A program made the position numbers and the translations under genes. Shown in pieces: positions 10,550-20,994 of a DNA stretch of 64,000 nucleotides. The stretch covers positions 3,695,502 through 3,759,501 of the forward strand of contig MU058059.1 of the NCBI GenBank assembly GCA_013265495.1, in the 5' to 3' direction. Numbering within the stretch: the first letter of the stretch is position 1; each line of letters starts with the position of its first letter. Under the pieces are notes generated by a model. The model ran no database searches. It worked only from the letters and a program-made list of their open reading frames with translations, and was not told the origin of the DNA. This DNA comes from Vicugna vicugna. Its lineage: Eukaryota.

Positions 10550-12916
10550 GGATTCAGGCTCTTTCTCTGTTAACTGATGGTACGTACCAGGCGATCTGCA
10601 GGGTTTCTGCAGTTTCTGGTTCTGTGCGCCCCGCCTCGACCCAGGTCTCCTGATGAGAAGTCTCCGTCCTTGGTTTCCTCCACAATGTGACCTGCGAGGG
10701 CAGACCTGGACTTACGCCGATAGCTGCCCAGCCATCACCTTGCAGGGAAACCTGGCTCCGGATGTGCTGAGCGTGGGGCAAGGACGGAGGGGGCCGGCGG
10801 CCCCGGGACCCCAGGCAGCTGCAATCCATGGCGCTGCTGTGGAACAACTTCGCAAATGCCAGCTCCCTCCCTGCTCCCTGCTAATCTTTGAATTCTGACT
10901 CAGCTGGGCTAGACCTTTCTTCTTTTGGTGGGGAATTTCCATTTGTCGAAGGGATTGCCTTTCTAAATATTTTGGTTCTTAACTTTTGAGAATTTTTCTG
11001 CTTTTATTAAGGTGGTTTCCTTTCTATTCACTTAACTCTTTTGCTGGGAAAGATATAGTTGCCCCCTGTGTTGGTGGAATTTCAAGTCCACCACTGATAA
11101 TAAAAAGCCACAACAGTAGCTGGGGAAAAATTATTGTGAAAAGTTCCACCTGCCCCCTTTCCCTGCCCTGTTTTTGAAAGCAGAGGGCAGGCATTTCAGT
11201 GGAAACCATGATATTGCCCTGGGTAATAAAAACATCAGGGCTTTGTCTTCGGATAGCACTGATTGCTGTCTTGGGAGTCAATGTACTGATTTTTGCCCAG
11301 CAAATTATGTCACGATTGTGAGCAAGTTAACAGGTAAGGCTGCAGAATCCTTGCTACCTTCTCCCAGCTCTGGACCGCCTCTGAGCTCAGTCAACGTACT
11401 GAGGCAGCTGGGACTCCGTTACCCTCCTCGGGTCGTTCTAAGCATCCTGGGTGAGCGTTTCTCACCGGACTGTCAGCTCCTGTGCACGTTCCACCTCATT
11501 ATGCACAGCGTGTTAACATTGGTCTCAAAACGCCTCGCCTGGTTTCCTGACGCCTCTGCACGTAACGCAGCACCCGTCTGCGGGGAGGTGACCTGGACCC
11601 TGCTCCAGGAGGGGCTGTGGGTTACAAGCAGGACCACCAGTCACTTGGCAGAGCCCTTGTTCGCTTGTTCATAAGAGGTGATACCTATCTGCCTCCTAAG
11701 TGGGAGCGAGGGTCAGGTGGGGAGCCATCCGGCACATTCGGAGACTTCTCTGTCAGTGAGGGTGAGGCTTGCCAGGAAGCAGAGCTGGGCCCCCTGGGCT
11801 CCGGTAAGGGGTTCTTTCTGCTTGCTTTGCCTGGTGGCTCAGAATTTAGGCTCAGCTACAAAGGGCAAAGACCAGGACTCGGCTGCCATCTCTCTCCACT
11901 TGACTAGGGTGGGAGGCACTGGAAAGGGGCCGACACTGATCACGGTGCAGCAGCCAGGGGGATGGGGGCCCCGTGGGTGGGCGGATCCCTGCTTCCTTCA
12001 TCATTTCCTTTGAACCATCTTTTCAGACAGTGAGTGATGACCCCATAAGTGGTGGTTCTGATAATTTCAGACTTCACACGTCAGTCCTCCTGGAGATGAC
12101 CCCATGATAGTCCGAGGCCACACAGCTCTGAACTACAGAAGCAGGGGGCTCAGGCAGTGTATGAACAGAGGTCCTCGATGGGTGCCCCCAAGTGGGACGT
12201 CCTCACCAACTCGCCCAGGAGGCCTGCACATGCCCTGCAGATGGTCTCCCCGCCCCCACCCCTGCCAGGTGGCTAGGCAGAAGGATGGGGTACCAGGGCC
12301 TGAACGGACAGTGACAGCAAACACAGGCCCTCGCCCTGATTTTGGGGGTCCCCCATCTTCAGTCCTCACCTCCACCCACTGATGGATCAGGGCTGGTCAC
12401 CTCTCCTTCAGACCGAGCCAAGGCCCTGAGGGCTTTTCAGTGTAGACGGACCTCAAGAAGTCTGACCCACGGAAAGGCCCAAACGTGGTCGAGTCAGTTA
12501 CCCATGTTAATCAAGAGAGTTGCCTGATACACAATTCAAGGTTGCTACAAATCCACACATCTTTCCCCCATTGCCTGCTTGCAGTGAGCTCTGCATAAAT
12601 GTTTACTGAATGACGGAATACATTAACACACAAATGAGTATTTTGCAGTGGGTTTTGGTATTTATATTTGCACATCTGTTTGTTGCATGCTCCAAGGATT
12701 CCCAGCAGCCCTCACAGAGTAACGAAGGCACGCTACTAACATAGATCCTGGAGACAGGAACACCAGAGCTCGCACGGGCCCCCTGCTGTCCGCTGGCAGC
12801 GTCAGCCCCCAGCCTGAAGCCCAGTGTCACAGAGCTGCGAGGCGCCTCTCACCGTCCTGGATCTGGGTGGTTAAACACGTGTCTTGGGTGGCTGTCTCCT
12901 CTGGCTTCGGCCAGAA

Positions 12917-13470
12917 CTGCAGACAGCGTGGCCCTCAAGAGGTGCTCACACCCTGGTTCCTGGGACCTGTGACTATGCTGTGTTACGTGTTTGCAGATGT
13001 AGTGAAGGTTAGGGACTTTGCAGTAGGAAGATGACCCTGATGTCCGGGCGGGCCCGGTTAAATCTCACGAGCCCTCAAACGCAGAGAGCTCTGGGGTGGG
13101 TGGAGTGGAGAGATTCGAATCATGGAAAGGATTCCATGTACGTTCCTGGTTTAAAGAGGGAGGGGCAATGAGACAGGAGTGCAGGTGACCTTAGGAGCTC
13201 AGTGGCCCTGAGATGACAACCCTTGAGGAAATGGGGGCTTGGCTCCATAACTGTGAGGACCTGAATCTGATGAGCTCGGACATGGAATCTTCCCAGAGCC
13301 TCCAGGATGGGCTGCAGCCCAGCCGACACCTGAATTTGGGGCTGTGAGAGCCACACGTTCTGAACAGGCAGAGGCCCCGACTTATGGCCAGGGAATCTGT
13401 GACTGATACGTGGTGTTGATTAGGCTGTCGAGGGGGTAACTCGTCAGGGCAGCTCACTAACACCGACACA
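12917..13470 (+). mobile_element. MaLR solo LTR, MLT1D/E-like
   Basis: GGCCCTCAAGAGGTGCTCACACCCTGGTTCCTGGGACCTGTGACTATG start; TTTGCAGATGTAGTGAAGGTTAGGGACTT; CCCAGAGCCTCCAGG...GCAGCCCAGCCGACACCTGAATTT; end resembling the MLT1 3' terminus. Confidence 0.8.
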
Positions 13471-14724
13471 GATTAGCGTCACTCTGACCTTGGATGCTCG
13501 CCTGCAGCTCGGGGGCCGCAGGTGTACAGGGTCGAGCTGGGTGACCCTCAGTGCCTCCCAGCCCCCAAGTTCTAGGATTCGCTGTCAGAATTAATTGATA
13601 GAAATACCAGTATATTTTGAACTAAGGCTTTGGAGTCCATTGGACTGGGTTCAGAGAGCCGCTTTACAGCCAAGGACGGTGCCTCTGCCCTAGGTTTCAG
13701 ATCCTTTCACCCTGGCCTTGCACGGTTTTAAGGATTAAAAGGGGAAACATGCAGACAAAGGCTGGCTAACGTGTGCTTGGACAAGAGCACACGCCTTCCC
13801 CTCCTCCTTCTGACGGTTCTGCCACCCAGAGAAATGCAAGCGAGCATCTCAGCCACTTCCAGGTTTCTGTCCTCCTGGTGGCTGAGGCTTGGCCAGAACT
13901 CCAGGGACAAGAGAGTGATAGGGCTTGCCATGGCTGCAGGGAGCCCAGAGCCCACGGGGCTGCCAGAAGCAGCCCGTCTCTTCTTCCCTCTCGGGCCCTG
14001 CACCTGCCCGAGGCCCCACGTCCAGCTGGACTGGGAGCCTGTGTCTCTCCTTCCGGGGAGCTGGGAGTTCAGCTGGCTCAGTCCCACGGCCATGGCTGCC
14101 TTCAGCTGGGGGCTGGGCTCTCGTCTTCCGGTGTTGGGTGTAGCTGTAGAACTTTCCAGGCTCTCTGGTGCTTGACTTCTTGATATTTGCCATCTCGAAT
14201 CTGGAAAGCTGGCTGTTCCCGGGAGAGGCGTTTTTGGGCGGGTTCCTGGGTTTTCTGAGGCTGGAGGTCAGCTTCCTCCATCTTCCTTGCTGATGCCTTC
14301 CCACCAGTCAGACGGAGCAGGTGGTCATTCCTTTGGGGTGAGGGGAGCCCGGGCACGTGGATGGAGGCGTGAAGGGTGTCCACCTCGCCACCCCCTCACT
14401 GAGCTCACCAATGACTGGTTCCCTGGCTCCTTCTGAAAGCAGCTAGAACCTTCCTCAGGAAACTGACAGATGAAAAAACTGCAGTATTTCCTCACCCGTG
14501 GGCAGAGGTGAGTAATGACACCACACCTGACCATCTGGGGAGGCCCATCTCTGGGAAAGGCGGCAAGAAGCACTTCATTTGCATGTAAGTTGGGGAAGTA
14601 TCTAGCCCTGGCTCAGTCACATCTTGACCCTTATATGTAATCTGTCTCTCCCTTCTCACTGGGATGTCAATGCAGAAAGAGTCCAGAGAACAGCTGAGTC
14701 CGAGTGAGACCCCCTCAGACTCAG

Positions 14725-14930
14725 CCAGATTCTGAGTCAGATTCTGGCTCGGCCCCTCTCAGCTGTGTGACTTTGAGCAAGTTACTTAACCTTTCTGTGC
14801 CTCAGTGTCCTCATCCGTAAGGGCTGTTATGAAGATAGAAGGAATTTAACTTTGTAAATATGTAATGCATATTCACAGAACTCTGCTTGGCACAAGGCAA
14901 GCGTGTTGTGTAAGGTGAGCTGTTACTGTG
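14725..14930 (+). mobile_element. MIR SINE
   Basis: Core GCTGTGTGACTTTGAGCAAGTTACTTAACCTTTCTGTGCCTCAGTGTCCTCATCCGTAA. Confidence 0.85.
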
Positions 14931-16426
14931 GAGTCCTCAGAGGGTCTCTGCGCTGACCAGATGGTGCCGATCCCCCCGCCAGTCCTCTCGATTCCAACCA
15001 GTCAGCACGACCCCAAGACGGGGTGGACCCCTGGACTACCCTTCTCACCTGAGGTCCTCCCTCTGACACTTGCCACCAGGCTCAGCCCTCCCTGAGTCTC
15101 TCTCTGGAACTGGCAAGTGGTGGAATTCTGCAGACCAGGTGAGGTCACTGCTTTCTTTCTCATGCACCAGGATTGCTATTCCAGATGGATTAACTTAAAA
15201 AAAAAAGTTTGTACTTAGTACTCAATTAAAAAAAAAACTATGTCAAAGCTTTATTGGCTCAAGATCAGCTAAAGAAAAAAGGGGAAAAAGTTTGCCTTTC
15301 AACAGAGTGGTCCAAACTGCTGACAATCCCCCGCACCTCCGCCCCCCACCCCTGCCAAGACTTATATATGGCTTTCTTTTCTGAATTCTTTCCTTTGGTG
15401 GTTAAGACATGCAAGCATCTTTGAAGTGGGCCAGACATGTTCTTTGCATGTGTGAGCGGTTGTGGTCTCTGCAGGGCTGGTTCAGATAAACCAGTTTCCG
15501 TATGGTTTCCAGTCATGGGTGGGGGGTGGCTGTCCCATGGGACCCTGTACACCATTTGATCATGGCGGACAAATAAGAGGATTTTGCAGGTGGATTCTCG
15601 CCACCCCACCCCTCCGGGAGCAGTGGTCTTCAGGTCACTGGCCACAGCATTTTGTGCAGGCTATGACCCTGGGTACCACAGGGCTCTGGGATGCAGGCTT
15701 AGTATCTTCCCCCTCCCTGTTCCTACACTGCTTCTGTGACACAAGCTGCTTTGTGTCAGTTATTCACACGAGGCAGCAAAGCCCACAGCACAGAGGAGCA
15801 TGCAGACCCGATGGGACGCCTTTCCCGTTGGCCCCCAGACCCAATATCAGCATCCACCCTGGGGATTCCATTCGACCGTGGTTATGGGCCAGTTCCAAGT
15901 GCGTCTGAACAGGGCCCCTTCTGGTCTCTGCTGCCCCTCTCAGAGCAAAAGCTGTGATGCCATAGGTACATGTTGATTATACGTGATGAGACATGAAGTG
16001 GGTGTAGCCAGCACACAGGAGGCACTTGGGACACTTTATTGTTACCACGATCATTATGACACGCGGCTTTCAACCGGGGTTTCAGAGAAAACCAGCCTCC
16101 ACGATTGCACCCGTGATTCTCTGCGGCAGTCCCGTCCCACATCGTTACTTCCCCAGAGTCAGCATTCCACTCTCCCACCTTACAAAAAACATCCTGCATC
16201 CTCATGGCTGCTATGACGTGGCTACTCTCCTTCCTACTGAGTCAGTGCCCGAGAAGTTCGCTCTGACTTTTCCTCAGTTTCCTTCAAGCTTTGACTCTCC
16301 ACTGCCAGGCTCCGCCACCAGCAGCCCCTGGAACCAGGGCTTCCTCCCACAGCCGTGCTCGGGGCCTCAGCACTTCGCCCCCGTGTCTGCTCTGGACCAT
16401 GTGACTCCGTGGCCCTGTGCCGTCCA

Positions 16427-16905
16427 CTTCGCTGTCCAGAAGGATAGCCTCCTGGGCAGAGGGTCACTGAACACTTGAAATGTGGCAGTGCACCAAGCAA
16501 CTGGATTGTTCGTTTAATTTTAATTGTTTCACATTTAAATTCGAATGCAGTTATTGAAAAACTTTCAGTATGACCACAACTTGGACCTATGAACCTAGTT
16601 TCTCTACTGCAAATGTTATGAAATCTAAACACAGAGCAAGCACTTCTGATGAAAATTTAGCATCCATATGGAGACGTGATAAAAGTAAAATATACACCAG
16701 TTTTCTGAGATCTGATTTGAAAAAAGGGCGTAAAAGTCTCTCAATACTTTTTATATTGATTACATTGAAATCACAATATTTTGGCTATAGGGGTTAAACA
16801 CAATTTATTATTAAAATTGATTCCACCTGTTTTGATTTTCTTTTTAAAGTGGCTACTAATTAGGACCTTTGTGGCTGGCATTTTATTTCGGTCTGGATGG
16901 CACTG
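16427..16905 (+). mobile_element. hAT-Charlie non-autonomous element (Charlie1b/MER33-related) with transposase C-terminal relic
   Basis: Degenerate termini (CGCTGTCCAGAAGGA / TCTGGATGGCACTG), internal CACTTGAAATGTGGC and TATTAAAATTGATTCCACCTG. ORF 16570-16797 reads TTWTYEPSFSTANVMKSKHRASTSDENLAS, matching the hAT dimerisation signature (E..FS..K.K.R). Confidence 0.8.
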
Positions 16906-19900
16906 CTGTGGACCGTTTGCTCCTGGAAGTTCTCTCCCGCCTCGGCTTCCGAGCCCGGGCCTCCGCTTGTCCCCTCTAACGTCATTCCATGTGCAGGTGG
17001 CCTCTGCAGCCTCTCCTCCACGTCAGGGCTTCCCTGAGTCTGCCTCTGTCCTGTTCTCTCATCACATGATCTGTTTCTTCTTCCCCTCTGCTCGGATGGG
17101 TACAGCCCCTCCCGTTCACTGAGCCTCTGCCCGAAGAGCCCCTCCCTCCGCCCACCTCTCTGATACCCAGACCTGCCCTTCGACAGAGTCCTTACTGCTG
17201 CAGCAGGATGTAGGGTCTCTCTCTGGGCCCCGCTGAACCACATGGAGACCACCGTTTTGTTACCCTTGTAACCTGTCACCGTGACTTACCAGCCTGGCCC
17301 CAAATGACCTCATGTTAGGATTAATGCCCCAATTGTGGCCAGATTGCAGTGGCTCTTATCTGGAAACTCAGCTGTGCCTCAAGTCCTCCTTCATCTTCCT
17401 GGGGGGGGGGTGGTCTCCGATGAATGGGCTCAGGTCTGCCCACGTTCTCCTCCTTGCCCTGTGGGGTGACTCACCTGACCCCCTCCAGTCAGAAGCCACC
17501 AAGGAGAGGGTATCTGGGGGAGAGATGGGAGCAATAAGGGAGGCATGGTCTGCAGCTAATTTTCAAACAAGATAGAGCTGACCAGACATCAGTCTGCTTT
17601 TTATTATCACTTGCCCGGGCAGTTTCAAACAATGGCAGAAACAGAATGCCCCTTCTTGCCAGGGTGAACCTTGTCCACTGCAGTCCCTCCCCCACTCCAA
17701 ACATTTCTCAAGCAACTTATTCCACCGTCTTACCATTTCTGGTTTGATTCTCTTCATCATCTAGTAGACCATTTTTGTTTTTAGGCTAGTGGCAGGATGT
17801 TATAAATATATATATGTTTTTGTTTTTTTTAGGGCCTACCACAGATTCCACAATAGAGGAAGTGTTAGAAATTTATTGAATTAATAAATCAATGGATTTC
17901 TTCAATGTACCAGAATATCCTTTGGCAGGAAATCCTTGGTCAAAAAAGCATGTGGTAAGGAGACAAATTCAAAGTAAGGATTTATTGAAAACAAACTTGA
18001 GGCATAGTCTAAGGTTGCTGGAGATCTGGCCCACAATGGACACCTAGCATCTGTCTGTATGGCATTGAAAAAATATTGCCTACAAATGTGAATCTGAGGC
18101 CCTCAAGATATTGAATCAACAATGAAAAGATTAATTTATTGTTATTTGTTACATAGCTTGTGCAAGGCCTGTGCTATAAAGCAGAAACATGGACCAATAT
18201 ATTTTATTGAAACTTTAAACGATGACAGTAAAATTGTTCTGGTGCATGGTGAACTTATAAGAAAGCTCAGTCGACCAGACATGGAATTTTGCAGGCGCTT
18301 CCTGGGATAATGTGACGCATTCTCTTCATGACTCACAGTGAAGCTTTAGTTCCATCCATCACGACAGCCTGGACACTTCAATCAACCAGTGGAAGTAATC
18401 ACGCCACCCTCTCAGGGGATATGTTGATTTCTGGGTCCATTTGTCATTCCTAACAGATCAGAAAGTTTTCACCCATCTGGACAGGCTTTATTCATCAGTG
18501 TGTGTGTCACATGCGTGCACACAAGAAAGACCTGCCAGGTTTCATTAACCAGAGCCTCTAAGGAGCACATGGGATGTCTTTTCCCTTTAGGAGAAGCCCT
18601 GGAGTGCGTCGCCTTTGATCTGGGCTGAGACAGCCGTGGTTAGCACAGGGCAGGGCGGACCGCGGTTCTGACGCCGTGGAGGAGCTTGTGGAGGCTGGAC
18701 CTGTCAGATGTGACTTTAGTCTCATAACTTTGGAACAGTAAATGGCCCTTTGCTTTGGAAGCCAGTCCACAGTTTGCTGGATCCACGACAAGATCTGAAT
18801 TTCAGTTTGTGGATATTGTTAAGTGTGTTTGGGGGCAAGATTTGCTGACTGGGCAAGAAGTAAGGATTATTTTATTCACGGACACGCGTCTCTAAAAATT
18901 TCACAGTCGGTGTGAAGCAGGACATGGTAGTGTTCACGGAGCCTTTGGGAACAGGCTTGGTGCCAGCTTGGACCTTCACCCCAGCATCAGCCCTCCTACC
19001 ATCAGGGTGTCCTTTTAGGCTCTGTCTTCGGGTACAAACTGCAGACAAACTAGGTCCCCCGGGGAGATGGGGGAACACACGTGTGTTTCACCAAGGCGAG
19101 GATGGGGAAGTGGTGGCTGTTGGTGGCGGAGGCGGGCCCAGCGCAGCAAGCGCAGAGCCCTCACCTGCGGGCCCCCCTATCGGGGGGCAGCTCCGGTTCC
19201 CATGCATCCCTCCTTGTCAGTGTCACCCATGTGATCAGGGCTGCAAAGGCCGTGATGCTGTTCATGCCATCTCGCGAAAGTCCGGCCCATTTCCCTTCCT
19301 GGGGACCCGCCCTGCCCTGCTGACTTCTGGCGGAGCACCAGCCCCAGAGGTGGCTCCCCCAGCTCTAACGACGGAGGACGGCCCCTCCCGGGAATAAACC
19401 TGAATCCCACATCCTCCGCGTGGTCTGCGGTTCCCGTGCACCCGATGAAACGCACGTGAGCTGATTCTGAGAACAGAGGGACTCCGAGGAGGAAGGCAGC
19501 CGCTCCCTCTGCCCAGAGATGGCTGGACCTGCGGCGAGAGTGCGCTCTAGGGGCGGGAACAGTGAGAAATTAGGGGCTGGGATGGCCGGGACCTTGGCCT
19601 GCGGTAACTGGAAGCCTGTGGGGGCGTCTGGAGAGTTTTGGAAACTTACTGTGAGTGTGGTGTTCCTGGGGTCGCTCCTGATGGGAGATCAGGTTGAAGA
19701 GCAGCGATGAACCGGGCGGGAGGCCCTAGACCCACCTACCACTAAAACAGTTTGATGTTTGACCACTTGATTAATCCCCCTATCTCGCAGTGAGCGATAT
19801 ACTCGCAGTGACTGAGGAAAGTGATTCTGATGTTACTGGGTATTTGGATAGCTAAACAACGTGATTTTTGCGACTTTTGTTTAAATGCCATGCGATCCAC

Positions 19901-20384
19901 AAAGTGTTACACAAATGTTATTTTTAGTGATGTGTCCCTTAAAATAGTAAAGCATGGGTTTACACCTACCAGTCTCTAACAGTGCTGTGGAGGGTAAAGA
20001 GATGGGTGCTTGAAAGTCAACCCGGTCTCAAAGCAGCTCACGAAAGCCCTGGCTGGTGATTAGCCGTCAGGGACCCTGGGATGCCTGCCTCTGTCCCCGT
20101 CCCAGCCAGGTGTCAGGGCTGCTGCAGCTGTGCCAAGTCCTGGCTGCACGTGGGGATCACAGCAGCCTAAAAAATTACCTATGGCTCATCCCACCCCCAA
20201 GGGCTTGTGATCTAAACGGTGTGGATAGTGGCCTGGGCAGAGAGATTTAGAAAAAATCTCTTATATGTGGCCATGAAGAAAACCACTGCTCTGACCATGT
20301 ATGAGAAACTGGGAAAGGCCGGAATTCGGAGGCGCCGTCAGTGCTGTGATCTGCAGTGTTCTCAGATGTGTCCCATTTCCCCAG

Positions 20385-20520
20385 TAGAAATCTTGCTCCT
20401 TTGCTCGTTTATTCACTCAGCAAACACAATCTGGGAACCTGATAAGTGTCAGGAATTGGGGGGACGATGGAGAAGGCACAAGTGGCTCTCACAGGGTTTA
20501 GAGCTCTCAGGAAAGCTGGG
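20385..20520 (-). mobile_element. L2 3' end fragment
   Basis: TTTATTCACTCAGCAAACACAATCTGGGAACCTGATAAGTGTCAGG resembles an antisense L2 3' terminus. Confidence 0.55.
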
Positions 20521-20750
20521 CTGGGAACAGATAATTCAAACTCCTTGATTATATTTCAGCTCAGGGGAAGTGTGCCCACCCTCCTGAGTCTGTCCCCAGC
20601 AGGTGTCCTCCTGCCCGGTGATGTTCAAACCAGCAGAACCATGCCGAGTGGGTTAGAGAGCCAAGGAAGCTTTATTCTCGGATCAGAGGATGGGAAGGGG
20701 GAGCTCGAACAGGCCTGGCGGGGCAGCTTTGTCCAGACTGGGCAGCGGGA

Positions 20751-20890
20751 GGGGCGGGGCTGTGGGCGGGGCAGCCCAGATTCAGGTGCCGGGCGCAGAG
20801 TCTCTGCACACAGCCCCCCTCCGCCATCTTGAGCTGGGGCTCGTGGGCGGGGCTTCTGCACACGGCTCCCCCCGAGGAGTGCACGTGCGC
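20751..20890 (+). promoter_or_regulatory. Core promoter motifs: three SP/KLF GC boxes, YY1 site, E-box
   Basis: GGGGCGGGGC 20751-20760; GGGCGGGGC 20764-20772 and near 20844; CCGCCATCTTG 20821-20831 (YY1); CACGTG 20882-20887 within GCACGTGCGC. Confidence 0.7.
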
Positions 20891-20994
20891 GGGCGCCCCG
20901 CGAGGGGAACCCTGGTCTGAGGCACCGGGTGCGAGGCCGCTGGACGCGGCGCCCTGGGAGCGACGGGAGCTGGACTCGGCACAGAGGAGGAAAG
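20860..20994 (+). other. Candidate non-coding first exon (start approximate)
   Basis: Follows the GC boxes and YY1 site, has no ATG, and ends at AAG|GTCAGA (GT at 20995). Alternative donors near 21793 and 21823 are possible. Confidence 0.35.

Noticed and set aside
9995-10653. Proline-rich and Glu/Gly-rich ORFs
   Set aside because: They are translations of the 18-bp minisatellite in several frames.
14718-14749. Interlocking short inverted and direct repeats around a TGAGTCA
   Set aside because: The stems are only 7 bp and sit at a MIR boundary; compatible with chance or a micro-duplication.
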